DNA of 64,000 nucleotides, from positions 15,941,653 through 16,005,652 of the forward strand of contig NC_134028.1 of the NCBI RefSeq assembly GCF_964204645.1. Direction: 5' to 3'. The DNA comes from Tubulanus polymorphus. Lineage: Eukaryota > Animalia > Nemertea. A program made the position numbers and the translations under genes. Shown here piece after piece: positions 28,586 to 41,836 of the stretch. The notes below the pieces were generated by a model. It made no database searches and was not told where the DNA came from. It saw only the letters and a list, made by a program, of their open reading frames with translations. The number at the start of each line of letters is the position of its first letter. Position 1 is the stretch's first letter.

Positions 28586-30156
28586 TTATTTAGTAAAAAA
28601 TTACGCATTAATAGGAGGAATATATTTTTTTTTTCTAAATAATCAATTGTTAAATTAGATAAAGTTACTGCTAACGTTAATTTTAAAATATCATTGATAT
28701 TAAATCTATCAACATTAATGCTTCCCATTTAAAAAATTTTCTTCAATAACATTGTATAACCAACAGTTCCAACTGATAGTAATGCTATATTATATAATCC
28801 ATTTATTATCCACTTATTATCACTCATTTATTTATCAAAATAGTTACTGTTTTCAAAATATTTAGTTATCTTATTTATAATTATTTCAACATTTATTTCA
28901 TTACTACTTTTATGATTATCATATATTTTAGATAATATGTTTTTAATATCATTGATAATTCCATCTTCATTACATCATAATATTCTAAAGATGTTTAAAT
29001 TAAATCAATTACTTTTTCTTTATCATAATTTTCTTTATTAATCATTGATGCTTTGTTAAATGATTTACCTTTTATATCAGTAATTATATCATTTAGTTCA
29101 ATTCTCATTTCTTTACCATGTTTCAAATCAAACCCAAAACATATACTCGATCCTACTGTTATATTCATATGTATTATTATAAAAAAATTATCAATTATTC
29201 TTTACATGTTACAACTAATTCATTTATCACAGGAAAGTTATTCAAATCAATTAAGTATTCATTATGATTTTTAATTTCTAACTTAAAATTATTAAATTGT
29301 GAATTGCAAGGCTTAAAATCACATTCTGTTAAATTATAATTTATTTGCGTTCCAAATTCTTTAAAATTCTTCAATGGTAAAATATTTAATATACTAGAAT
29401 TACAAGTTGTATCTTTAGTTGCTTCGAATGTTTTTGTAGGTTCAATTAAATTACAATAGATATAGAAATGTGTGTAAGGTATTAAGTTTGGTGTAGCATC
29501 AATATTTGTAAAAGATCTATCTAGCGGAATTCCTTTAGTTTAGCTATAGGTTTTTTTACCATAAATTTATGTTTTTCACTACGAGATAACCTTATGTTTA
29601 TTTTATCAGAACTATCACTTTTTAAAAATCTAATATTAAACCCGGAATCACTACCTAATTTGTGCCAGGCTTTTCTATTAATTTTTGTGATAATGTATTT
29701 AAATTATATAACCCTGGTTTTAAATATATATAGAACCATTCATCTTTATTTTTATTAAAAATTAAAAAGGCTCTGTTGAATAATTTTATTCGATATATTG
29801 TAAAATGAGTTACATAAACTAATATTTACTATGATATCTATCTGGTAAATATCTTCTGAATTTATATTTATTACCTTTTAATCCTTCATATTCTAAGTGA
29901 ATAACTAATTTATCACCATATCTATTAGTAATTGTTTCAATATTTGTAATTAGATATTTCTTATGTTATGTTAATTCTGTTAACTTTTTGAATTTATAAT
30001 CTACAGATTTGACATTTTTAGTATCTTTAATTCTAGCTAGGAATTCACTGTTTATTTGTTTACTCTCCATTTATTATACATATTTTTTATTAAAATTGAT
30101 TTCATTAATATAATATTCATTTATATAATGTTCATATATATGAATATTATTAAAGA

Positions 30157-30301
30157 AATAGGGTAAGTGTTTTTTCAGATTAAAGGTTGAAAGGTTGAAT
30201 GAGTGAGAAATGAAAATAAATTTGAGCGTGTGAGAATTTATTTTTTATTTTTTATGAGCTCGACCTTTCAACCTTTGATCTGAAAAAACACTTACCCTAT
30301 T
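30157..30301. repeat. 42-bp inverted repeat with ~60-bp spacer (hairpin or tiny MITE)
   Basis: 30157-30198 versus 30260-30301, two mismatches. Confidence 0.9.
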
Positions 30302-30302
30302 A

Positions 30303-33300
30303 CTTTTGCGGATACCGAGGACTCGACCTTGTCAGCTTGAATCCCCAGTCTTTCACAAACTCACGAAACCTTGGCGATGAAAAAGGCACAATATCAGCAA
30401 CAAATCTTCAGGAGTACTGTGATGAGCGAAAACACCCTTAGCGTGACGGATGACTTCAGAGGCATCCTTCCTCTGCAGTGGCGCTATCTCAGGATATCTA
30501 GAATAATAGTCACAAATAAGAAGATATCCTTGTTCTTAAACGTGAACAAATCCACCCCAAGTCATTGCCATGGTCTATCCGGGATCTGATATTGTTGTAA
30601 AGGCTCCTTAACTTGGCGATCCGCAAACTCGAGACAGGAGGGGCACTTGGCCACGAAATCATTGATATCATGATTGAAATTGGGCCAATAGACTGTCTCG
30701 TTCAAGCCTTACATTTTTCAGCACCCATGTGACCTTTGTGTGTATAACATCTACAATCGTGCGACACATACTTTTAGGGATAACGATTCTTTGTCTGCGC
30801 AACACAAGATTATCATGAAAATGAAGCTCATCGCGCACATTCCAATACGCGCTGATACTCAGATTGACGTATGACACCCGATCGGGGCCAACCACGTTTA
30901 ATGGCATAGATTAACTCAGATATTTCACCATCCTCCTTGACTGCGCATTTTACTTCCGACAGCCTATCGCTACTGAATGGGAGATTCTCCATTTATAGGC
31001 TTACCATTACCTCAAAGTCCGTATTCTTCTTTCTGTCCGGTAATGGAGCCCGAGATAATGTATCTGGCACATCTTATCTCCCGGAATATACGAAAAATCG
31101 AGCATATATCTTTGTAGCTTAATCATCATGCATTGGAGACGCGGCTGCACAATCGGCTTTTAGCATTGATACCAATGGCTTATGATTGGTTTCGACAGAT
31201 AAGATATCATTCCCAATAATATTTTGGTGAAATTTGGAACACGCAAAACATATCGCTAACATTTCATGTTCATTTTGCGCATCATTCCGCTCAGCAGATG
31301 CGAGAGGTACAGGGACGCGACTGCTACAGGGTGACCACATGACTGCACCACACGGGGTGACCATCTTGGAACAGCCCAGTTGGAGATGTATCCCCCTGAA
31401 TCCTGACCGGCTTACCCCCATCATAGAACTTCAGAACAGGCTTGGGTGACAACGCACTTAAAATCCTATCCACAGCCTGATCATGCTCATGTTCCCAGTT
31501 CCATGCATTACCTGTTTTAACAGATCTCGCAATGGCTTCGCGAAATCCGACTCGTGTGGTATATATGACGACAAATATTGAACCATGCCCAATAGTCTTT
31601 GCAATGACTTAACGCAATCAGGTTTCGGCATTTTTGCAATCGCCTCAACCTTGCTCGAATCAGGACGCATGCCCTCAGCTGACATGATATTACCACAATA
31701 TTTGACATGAGTCGTTTTGAACTGTAATTTAGCCTTGTTGAAATGCACACCATTTTCACGAGCACCTGCTACGATCATGTCATCACTAATCACCTCGACA
31801 CCATCAATGTCACTGAAAATCTCCTCAATTCGTTTTTGCATGACATCACTGGCGGACTTATACCAAACGGCATTCTAAGAAAACGCAATCGTCCCCAGCT
31901 TGTATTAAATGCATTTAGATATTAAGACTGTTCAGTTAATTGGACGTGCCAATAAGCATTCTTCAAATCCAAGGTACTAAATACCTTTCGCAGTTCTGTA
32001 TATCTTCGACGGTCGGAATTACATGCTTCCGTCTGATCACTTTATGAAGCTGTCTAGAATCAAGGCACAGGCACATTGACCCATCCTTTTTCTCAGTTAC
32101 TACTAGATTGCTGACCCTCGCGGAAGGCCTATCAGCTGTCGCAAGGATCTCCATATCGGTCAAGCTATTGAGCTTAGCTTTGAGCTTGTCCCCACGAGGC
32201 AGTGGAAAGTGTCTTGCTGGTTGGTTCAACCGTCGGATGGAGTTCGATATCGTACAACCTTTCTAATTTTCCTACTCCCTCGAACAGATCACCGTTTTCT
32301 CGCAGCAGAGCTTCCTTCGTTAGAGAGCCACTTGACACACCAATGTTATTCAAATGCTTGATGTCAAATAACTCCTCGCAAGCGTCTTGGCCAAGGATTG
32401 AGATCGACTTTTGATCCATTACGTAGAACTCGAATTCCTTAGCAATACCAGAGATGAACACTCAAAGCTGACGACACCTATCGGTGTAATCTTATTGTTA
32501 CTAAAATCGATCAAAATCGTACTAGTTGGTCAAAGACGATTATTAGGACCACGCACTGATCGATAGATACGATTTGGACATTCGCCCCTGTATCTAACTG
32601 AAAGCGAACTAAATCTTCGGAATTGACTTCCACATTGACTGACCTCTTGTCATCTGCCACCATATCGACACCGGTTATGAACAAAGGCGAGATAAAGAAA
32701 TCTTCGTCACTGCTTGCATCACATCTAGACAACGATTTCGCATTTTTGGGCTTAAATCTTGGCGATGGCGGAGTTGTGGCTTTCTTACCACCACTTAAAC
32801 ACACCGCAGCAAAATGATTTCAGCCTTCACACTTGTAAGGGCAATGATTGTAGGGCAATGATCAGCACCCGATTTATGCGATCCACCGCAGTACTTACAG
32901 CTGGGCTTCGATGAGCCAATTGACTTCGACGATGACAACGATTCACGACTTGATCTATATTGCTGTATGTTATTAATTGGATTTTCTGACGACATAGATT
33001 TGGCCTGCAATGAGCTATTTCTGCCTGGAATTTCTTTATGATATCCTCCAATTTGTGTTCACTTTGCCCTTCCTCGAAGACAAAAGAACTAGCAATCTCT
33101 TGACACTCTGACCCCAATGAATGTAAAAGTATAGCCACCTGAGTTTTCTCTTACTTCATTTGAGTTCTTACTTCATTTCTGTGTGATATACTCTAAACTG
33201 ACTCCGCTCCGCCACTTGGGCCACACCTGAGCAGCGTTCATATGGCTCAAGTCTGGCCTCTCAGCGGGTTTAAGGATGTCCATTTCCACAAACTTCTGAC

Positions 33301-33449
33301 ACCATGTAGACCAAAGACTTCACAACACAGCCATTACAGATATTACACATAGATTTATTCATAAAGGGAAACAGTACAGTTCAAATTATCAGTATAAGTT
33401 ACATCATCACAATGCATATTTGAGTCATTGGGGAAAGCCCAATACCACA
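30303..33449 (-). mobile_element. Gypsy/Ty3 LTR retrotransposon, decayed and 3'-truncated within the integrase
   Basis: 5' LTR 33305-33449 (TGTGG...CTACA, AATAAA inside), PBS TGGTGTCAGAAGT at 33292-33304, gag ATG at 33283; protease FQLDTGA, RT (LCLDSRQL, ISDDM), RNase H (EMLAICFACSKFHQ, ETNHKPL), integrase zinc-finger remnants. Confidence 0.93.
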
Positions 33450-33787
33450 TATATTCATGATTAGTCATGCGGTTGTGTGTGATCATTCCATATAATGCTT
33501 AGATTGTTTCTTTTGACGGATTTTCATTAAAATTTCATGGTTCAAATAGAGACATACATGTTTACGCTTTTATCATGATATTTCTGAAAATGATTTAAAA
33601 ACATGTCCTTATTATGGAATTGATTGAAGAACAGGTCTTTTCTAATTATATTTGTAAAGCTGCAGCGTCACGCCCCATGAGGATCTTGTTTCTCATAGGT
33701 ACTGATTCATCTAGATTTCAGTTTAGCCTAATAATTACAAGTCCTGTTTTTATGTCTCATTGGAGCTATAAATTGGATCCGTTTTCT

Positions 33788-36054
33788 CTATCTGCGCGAA
33801 GTATTTACGCGATCGCGTAATGACGTCTTGCACGAGTTGTTACTCCGCGCAGAATAAACCAGCGCGACCTGTGATGAACAGGTGCGCGATCGCGTATTGA
33901 CGTACTGAACGCGCGAGTTCTTCACGCAGAATGAACCTGCACGAGTTGTGATGAACAGATTTGACTTCATTCAATTAATTATGCAGCGAACTGTTAAAAC
34001 ATCAATATTAATAAAAGTATGATTTTCCACTATTTGAATTTGTCAAGAAGCGATATTTAGAAACGTTATTTCGCTAATTATCGCTAAAAAAACTAAAGAT
34101 TTAATGGTTTTGATTTTATATGCCCAAAGACGATGATTGATTACATTGATGTAGTGTATCAAACTTATAACTTGTAGTGTATCAAAATAGTGATACGGTA
34201 CGTGAAAAGTAGCTTAATTACCTTTATCTGTTTATTAACCCTAATGTCATGAAATAATCCTGGTCAATTGATATGATTATATTAGTGCATTCCAACATGT
34301 GCCCAAGACGATGTCCTAAAGTAAACTGACCCGTTCTGTTCAGGCTCAAGCTGATATTATATTAATTCTATCGTACGCGCGAACTTTATTACATTTTATC
34401 GCACGTGAACACGAGCCCGGCACACGAGGCAATTTTTAGTCGTCGTGCTGCGACCGATTTTTATCCCACAAAACGCCGCTTGTTATTATGTTGGTTCTTC
34501 CCTTCCACTTATCCGCAAAGAATAACCACATATCCCGATTTCTTCGAAAATTTCTCAGCATACTTCGTTGCCTAAGTCTGCAGTCATTTTGTTGAGTCTG
34601 TATTCATGTCGTTAATCGTTGGTCGTTGAGCGTTGGTCTTTTTCCGTTGTAAATGATGTTGTAATTGATTTTAAGTGTTTAAAGTATCAAAGAATACTGT
34701 TCAATGTGCTGAGAAATTGCAGATTTTTATACGGTTCTTAAATCATTGTCTTCAGAATTTCTAGACCAATTAGTTTACACAGGTCTTTTAGACACGATAA
34801 TTATGAAGAAATTAGGGTTCCTGGTACGATTGGCAAACATTGTGCTGGCGTTTTAAAATAAATGGGTGAATGGGATTACTAATTATGCACATACCACAAT
34901 TTCTGCTTCGTTTTACGTTTTGGCTACTTATTGTAAGAAAATTACTCCCATTTGAATCTAATTCTAAAGAATTAGGTACCGATTATAATGATTTCATTGT
35001 TCGTTACCTCAGGAGTCAAGTCAACACTGGACCGGTACTTCAGAGTTTAAAAATGCATTTACATAGTAGTTTATACTAGACTTAAAATTAGTTAATGGAC
35101 GAAATTCGTAGTAAATGTGTATATTCATAGTAATCAAGTTATAGCCAGTCAGGCGTATTCCATCCGACGGCGCCAGGTGCCTTCAGAAAATAACTTTTTT
35201 ATTGACCAAAAAAAAAATCATAATAATTGATTAATGCAAATGATAAATTTCAAATATTTTCATATATATATAATGCAGGAAGGAGAACGAATTTATGGCA
35301 AAAATTAGGGCTTCTGTCTCATGCCGGGTAACTAAGTAAATTCCAAATAGAAATGCTGGCCAACTCATTTTCTTAGCTGTCAGGTCTAAAAATTACTTGT
35401 TTGTAGAATTATTTGAATACTTTATAAATAGGTGGCCGGCTATGTGTAAAATTAACTTGGGGAAAAATGAGAAATAAGGTATCATTTTTGTCCTATATCC
35501 CGCAATAAATGAATCCAAAAACTAAAAAATGCTAACTACAGACCACGAAAAGAGATACCTTTTTTATCTTCAATCTGTGGGTGTCTAACGTTAACTGTTC
35601 GGTAATGAATAATGGTAATTAACAGAATTGTTATTTAATACTCGTCTTTTCTCTCGATCAGTATACGTGTATTAAATGTTCTCTGCTAAACTGTCGTTTT
35701 TCTCGTCTGTTTGTCATTGTCGGGAAATCCTTTGAAAAAAATTGTCACTTGAAATCCCACTCGCCCGAAAAATCATCGCACTAAGTAGAGGTAAAATAAA
35801 ATCCATGCGTCCGCAACAGTAGTCTTTGATAGTACGAAGTACTGGGTCTAATAACCTCGCGCAACTGATCATTACTATCAGCTGCGCGAAGTACCGGGTC
35901 TAATTACCTCGAGCAACTGATCATTACTATCAGCTGCGCGAAGTACCGGGTCTAATTACCTCGCACAACTGATCATGAAAAAATCCTAGCTGCGCGAAGT
36001 AACAACTCGCGCCACTGATCATTACGCGATCGCGTAACTGGTTCGCACAGATCG
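33788..36054. mobile_element. Non-coding TIR element with ~65-bp imperfect terminal inverted repeats and subterminal tandem repeats
   Basis: Left atctgcgcgaa..ttacgcgatcgcgtaatga..cgagttgttact.cgcgcag matches the reverse complement of 35989-36052; 52-bp unit x3 at 35835-35990; no clear TSD. Confidence 0.7.
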
Positions 36055-36779
36055 TCAGTTTCTGACCCTGCTCATTGGTGGCAGGGATACACATTAATGT
36101 TCTTCTGGTGGAAAGGAGACAGTACATTCAATCAATGTGTGCTGACCCCTTGAGACCTTAGAATGATACAGCCCACATGATGGATTTCCCTGGAACGAGT
36201 GTGGGGATTGTGGTGAGACTATGCCCATAATTGCAGCTCCGTTAAACAGTTTTGATATATTATCTCTTGTAGATGAAGGATAAGGAAAGGCAGAATATCA
36301 AAGACAAATTTACTGTAAGTATTTTATGTCATTTCAATCACAGGAGAACATCAGAACAATCATTATTTCATTGTTTAAAAAAGATGACCACCTGTTCTTT
36401 CTGTTGAAGATATTGGTATTACATGTAATTTTGTCTAAGTACGAAGTGCTAATTGACAACAGCTGCAGCAGTCGTAGTTTTAGCTAGTTCCCCTGCTTTA
36501 TCATTTCTAGATAGGTAAACATGGCTATGTATAGCTGACTTTTGATTCCATAAATCAGATTGAGTAATGATTTACTTAAACATACGTTCTTTTGTATCGT
36601 ATGTATGGCAAATGAAATGTTGAGAAGATTTTGTGAGGATGAGTTGAACATCAAAATTGACGAAAAGATTGTAAATTTATCATTGCTCAATGCATTTTAT
36701 GCATCCGTTTAGAAAATAACTGATTAAGATTCTTTAATTCTGCAGCACTACATGACCAACTGACCCACCAACCACTGTT

Positions 36780-37760
36780 GGCCATAACATTCACTCATGT
36801 TTGAGTCACTTACAGGTTACCCTTAAATTCAGAGCTGCCAACCATTGTTATTTTTCCGTAAATTGTGTGAAAGATTTTTCTGGCTAAACAATTATCCCCG
36901 GTTCTTAAAGTAAACTTCCTTTGTTGCATTTCAATTTTGACATTCCTTCTGATTGCATTATCGAATTGATTGAAGTTTGCACTTTGAACTCCTTCTTCAG
37001 TTTTGATAATTCATATTTCGAACAAGTTTTTGGCATGGCTATGGGGACTGTGCTTAGTCCAATTCTAGCGAATCTATTCCTTAAACACGTTGAATTTGAA
37101 TTACTATTTCTTTACACAGATACTCCCCCTAAATTTTGGTTACGATACGTTTGATGATGACGATATTTTCTGGATCATACCTGCATTATTTTTCATTCAC
37201 TGCCCATAGCATTGCACTTAATGTTGCCCACGGCTTATTTCTTCCTGCATTTAGGACTTGTGACCCCCTATTCTTGGATGATGAACTAACCCAGATCAAG
37301 ACTTCTCAATAAATTAGCGTACCTGATGACAATTTGAATAAAGCTCTCTTGAGAGCCCGTCGTTCCCATTTTTATAATTATCAAGTGACCCGCGGGCAAG
37401 CAGCCTATTGTTGTACCTTTGTTCGTTTTCTGGAAAAATCTAAAACCTCCCACCATCTCTTAAACAAACACCTCATTTTTACTTATAACAACAAACTTAG
37501 TCATAATCTTACCCATAACTCCCCCAAAACTGGATCCCTGAAGATTGGTGTATATAAATTTACTCAATTAACCTGTTCTCCTCTGTTTATATACCCCTGT
37601 TTTTAGTCAATATCTCACACCTGACGATGATCTCTAGGGTGACATCGAAACGTCGTGTTCTTATATTTTAGATTGTTTGAATAAATAAATTCTCGATTTT
37701 AAAAATCCTTTAATTCGTACATAGTGGGTTTTTATCTTATTTTCATCTCCAAATTTCCTG
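36780..37760 (+). mobile_element. Penelope-like retroelement remnant (RT, trace of GIY-YIG, pseudo-LTR)
   Basis: FFSFDNSYFEQVFGMAMGTVLSPILANLF...FWLRYV(DD) RT motifs; GVYK remnant at ~37545; hammerhead motif then AATAAA. Confidence 0.85.
37617..37658 (+). ncRNA. Minimal type I hammerhead ribozyme motif
   Basis: acac-CTGACGA-t-gat..atc-GAAAC-GTC-gtgt: core boxes, stem I acac/gtgt, palindromic ACGT stem III, GUC cleavage triplet; stem II degenerate. Confidence 0.8.
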
Positions 37761-37904
37761 CTTCTCGTGTGCACCCGTTATATTAATTCCCTATATTGTT
37801 TGCCATTATTATCGCTTGCTTGTTTCCAATCACTCACTGATTATCGCCTTTCATATTCCTTCTCTTTGTTATTATCTGATTATCCCCTAGTTTGTCCTCA
37901 TTTT

Positions 37905-39128
37905 TTTTGCTCGCGTTAGCGATCCTATGTCAACGGTCTGGCCGATTGATAATCATTCATATGCTCAGTACACTACCCTCGCAGCTATTTTAAGCACACT
38001 CAAACGCAATTTCAGTTGCCTGTAATTTCACTACTAATGGGGGAATTGAGTATATATAAAGTATATATCATAATTGGTTTTCTTTATGGTGCGCAAAGTT
38101 GAAAGCCGTTGGTTTCATATTTTTGGAGAAATTTACCAAAAAGTTTCAAAAATTCGATTTATTTGAGCGCGTTTTTTTAAGCAGCATCTAACTGTAAAAA
38201 ATAACACATAACTGTAACTGTAAAAAATAACACATTTGAATATTCAATGCTGTTTGCGTTGGAAGAACTTTATTATTGCCAAGATCCAACGCTTGGGTCG
38301 GTAGTAATGGGCTTTCAAAGACGAAACCCCTCAAAATCTTGGTTATAAAAGATTTGTGTTGACCTGGTTTCGACTTCCATCATGACGTCATAACATTGAA
38401 CGAGGTGGATCAGCTGGTGCGCATTATTTTACTAACAAAATGGCGGCACGATTGAATAGGTTGATATTCATCATAGCGCGAATACTGATACTCAAGGCGT
38501 GCGATCAACAATTTATTGTGTGCGGTGTATTCAATGATTCATCTAGGTTTTAATATCCCGTGCATAAGGTAACGTTGCATCAAGATATCTGACGAAAATG
38601 TGGTTTCAAAATGCGGAAATTTACTTCCGTGTTCGCCACACGGCTGATTTACTGATAGCATCGAATTTTTTTTAGAGATGAGTCTGATATATACATGACT
38701 GGAAATACTTGTTTTATCATCATTAATTGAAACATTAGCGATCTGGTTTGGAGCCTGATTATTAGTATTAATTTGCGGCACAGCGATGAGTGTTCGCGTT
38801 GGAAACAGTCGCGTACAGTCGCATAGGCAATATCGCCTTATACTCTCGTGTTCACTGCGTGTTTGTATCAGTTACAGAGTACGGTGTAGGTCACGTGTAA
38901 CAACGATTTGTCTGAGTGAAGAATGTAAGCTACATAAAGCAATCCTATCGTAAAATTATAAAAAATCATGTCAGTCGATAAACTTTGTTTCGTCAGTAAC
39001 CAGCACTGGCCTCAAATTGGGATGTATTTTGTTCAGACAAACGGCCCATATCAATTTTTTGAAGATTTCATTCTCGTTAGAAGTCAGTTATCATTAAAAG
39101 TTCACACTGAACAAAATTGAGTCTTTTT
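37905..39128 (+). repeat. Interspersed repeat family A, copy 2, with HINE-like 5' end
   Basis: Begins in a T-run with tcgc-gtta-gcga hairpin; colinear with 4630-5929 plus 6933-6980. Confidence 0.85.
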
Positions 39129-39458
39129 TAGCTCCGCTATGACCGAAGGTCAGCTAATGGGTTAGGCTGTGAGTCATCGTCCGTTCGTTCATGCTTGCGT
39201 CTGTCAACTATTTCTTCAAATCGCTACTAGTCCTACAGTTTTAATCAGATCAATTCCAAATTTGGCATGAATGTTTTATGGACCAAAGCCTATGAAGTGA
39301 CTAAGCCATTTTTTGGAATCGTCCCGCAGGGGGCGCCCCTGGGGGTGGAATTTCTATTTCTTCAAATCGCTACTAGTCCTACAGTTTTAATCAGATCAAT
39401 TCGAAATTTGTTATGAATGTTCCATGGACCTAGACCTATAATGTTAGAGAGCCATTTT

Positions 39459-41836
39459 TACCTTCATGACGTAGTCATTATAAGATGGTAGTGAGTCGAT
39501 GACGTCATTTTCGTGTCGCCACTTATAACTTGTTGGTGGGAGTTCAGAGGAAGATTTGTCAAAAGAATAAATGCTTTAATCTTATTAATGCATTGTGAAA
39601 TTTCGCTTTTTAAAAATATTTCCCTAAATTATTAGAAAATGCCAAAAGTAAGACCGTGGGAAAGTTTTTATGGTTGAATGGGCGAATCACGGCGGCAGAG
39701 TGCATCTGTGATAAGGCGGAAACAGTTCCATGTGAAGGCAAAGCTTTTAAATGATTAGACCGTCGGAGGTGGTTTATTAACATTTTTCAATTATAGTGCT
39801 GCTATTTTCCCAATCAAATTGCTAGATTTCGATCGTTTCTCATAAGTCAACACTTGTAATTCAAGTGTGATTTTGATGTGTGTAGGGATACATCGTGACT
39901 AGCGTATTGAATGGGGGCGCCATGTTAAAGCTGTGCGTCGATCGTTGAATAGTGGAATTATAGGGTTGAATTATTTTGATTGTATCCATACAAAGTTTAT
40001 AAAAGGTGAGTGTCAAAAAACGGTCCATTACAGTCCCCTAATTTATGGGGAGAGACGCTCTTAACCTGCAAAACCGTGGACTGTTTCGTGTTATCGTTTG
40101 CCTACGTGACTGACCTTGCTTGAGCGTTCGCTGCCGACGCGCCGCTTCAAAGTTATGAATAAAGTATTATACAACTGATTGTTAATGGCATAAAACAAAT
40201 TAACCTTTAAAGAAAGGTACCTAGTGTCTGACATTCTACTGAAAAATTCCGGATTGATTCACCACATAGTTTTTTCATAGCGGGCATAGTATATGAATCA
40301 ATTAACCCTTTGGAACTTGGATTATTTTACAACAATGCACTGAGCAGGACTGAATTAATTTTGGGTAAAAAAAAGGAAACAAGTAGCTATTTACCAAGCC
40401 TTGTAACTCATAAACCAGTAGAGTTAGAGCTTCACTGTAAATGGTAGGTTTGTAATACTCTTTTCAAGGTTTCTTTTGATATATAGCATTTAGTAATCCT
40501 GATTCTATGTAATCATCGTCAGTATCTGGCCCGTATCCGACATCCTCATCTTCTGAGCCTTCGTCGGCAATCAGTTCGAGGATTTCTTCATCTGTCAGAA
40601 ATTTCCGAGGCATGTTTAGCAAAATAAACAATGCGAAAGACACACGTTGTCTGTTTCCTGGTTGTTAAATCTACGAAACCGCCACCTGCCGATTCAACGC
40701 GAATTTCTTGAGAATTTTTAATTGTATGCTATGAGTTTGTGTACCGAAATGACTTCATTGGAGAGTTCCCAAGGCGCATACTGCTTGTCGTTACTAAATT
40801 TAAAACTTTCATTGTGCTATAGCCGATACAAGGCAAAACGTCGACCTCTCGCAAATTTGCGAGATCAGTCCATTCGGCGTCATTTCGTTCTCTCGCAAAT
40901 TTGCGAGAGCCGGTTCCAAAGGGTTAAGATGATTGACAGATGCGGGTGCGGTTGTACCAGCTGATGAAGACGTTCATTGTAATAAATAATTTTTACCACG
41001 TGCGTGATGAAAATAGGGACATCAAACTAAGAAGCACTGAATATTTTAATTACATGTGATTTGAATAGGCATCTGTGCTGGTTTTTCAAAAAGTCTAATC
41101 ATAATTGACTCCTATTGTATAGGCCTAAGCTAGGCCCTCCAGAATTGAATTGAATTCGACACAGCATCGCCTGTAATTTGCGATGAATCTTTTTGAAAAT
41201 AAGCTTGAAGATTGGGTCTGGCGAGATGTCCACCCCTATTGTAAAAATATGTCATCGGTGATCAAATATGGCTGCCATTGGGGTGGCCAACTGGAAATTC
41301 TTGTTTGTACGATGCAGCCTGCAATTCTTGATGGTTTATCACAAAATTTGGTGTGAGGATCAGGGTAGGTAAGCTGTCCATGCCTATAGTGTTTGGAGGT
41401 CATCGGCTTTCAAAGATGGGCGCCAGGTCAGCCATCTTGAATTTCTAGCACGAAACGGCCTGCAATTCTTGATGCATTTTCATGATACTATGTGTAAGAA
41501 TTTTGGTAGGTGAAATGTCTACCCCTTATCGAAGATTGAGTTCAAGTATAGCCACCAGAGGATTGCCATCCATCTGGATTTCATTTAAGCACGATGCCTA
41601 CACCAATTCCTGATACATTTTTTCATGTAGTGTGACCTTTGGGGCAGCTAAAATGGGCTTATCTTTTCATGTAAGGTATATTAACAGAAAATGAACATAA
41701 TCGTCACATAGCCTATACTATCTTAACTATTTTAAAACTTGTTACATCGTTACAATGTCAATCTTTCAGTAAAACTTTGAATACTAAATCTTCTTCTACT
41801 GCATCATGAAGGTATAAGGGCCGTGGGCCTCCTGTT
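39459..41836 (+). mobile_element. Second HINE nested in a T-run of the first HINE's repeat unit
   Basis: subTIR taccttcatgacgtagt / actgcatcatgaaggta (41798-41814), 3' hairpin ggcc-gtg-ggcc then cctgttt; removal restores host unit gagccattttt-ggattcgtcc. Confidence 0.85.
40306..40923 (-). mobile_element. piggyBac MITE (618 bp) nested in the second HINE
   Basis: TTAA at 40302-40305 and 40924-40927; TIR CCCTTTGGAAC; duplicated palindrome ctctcgcaaatttgcgaga; minus-strand remnant MPRKFLTDEEILELIADEGSEDED. Confidence 0.92.

Larger units (their letters stand above)
24584..30150 (-). mobile_element. Decayed copy 2 of the AT-rich Polinton-like virus, fragmented by insertions
   Basis: 28600-30075 is the reverse complement homologue of 55560-57300 (SSB-like, penton-like, small ORFs in the same order). 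28173-28585 encodes the full-length MASAIITIIGPAIVNALAFTGGGY... protein. AT-rich coding-like pieces at 26600-26830 and 24584-24940 are assigned by composition and start motif only. Confidence 0.75.
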
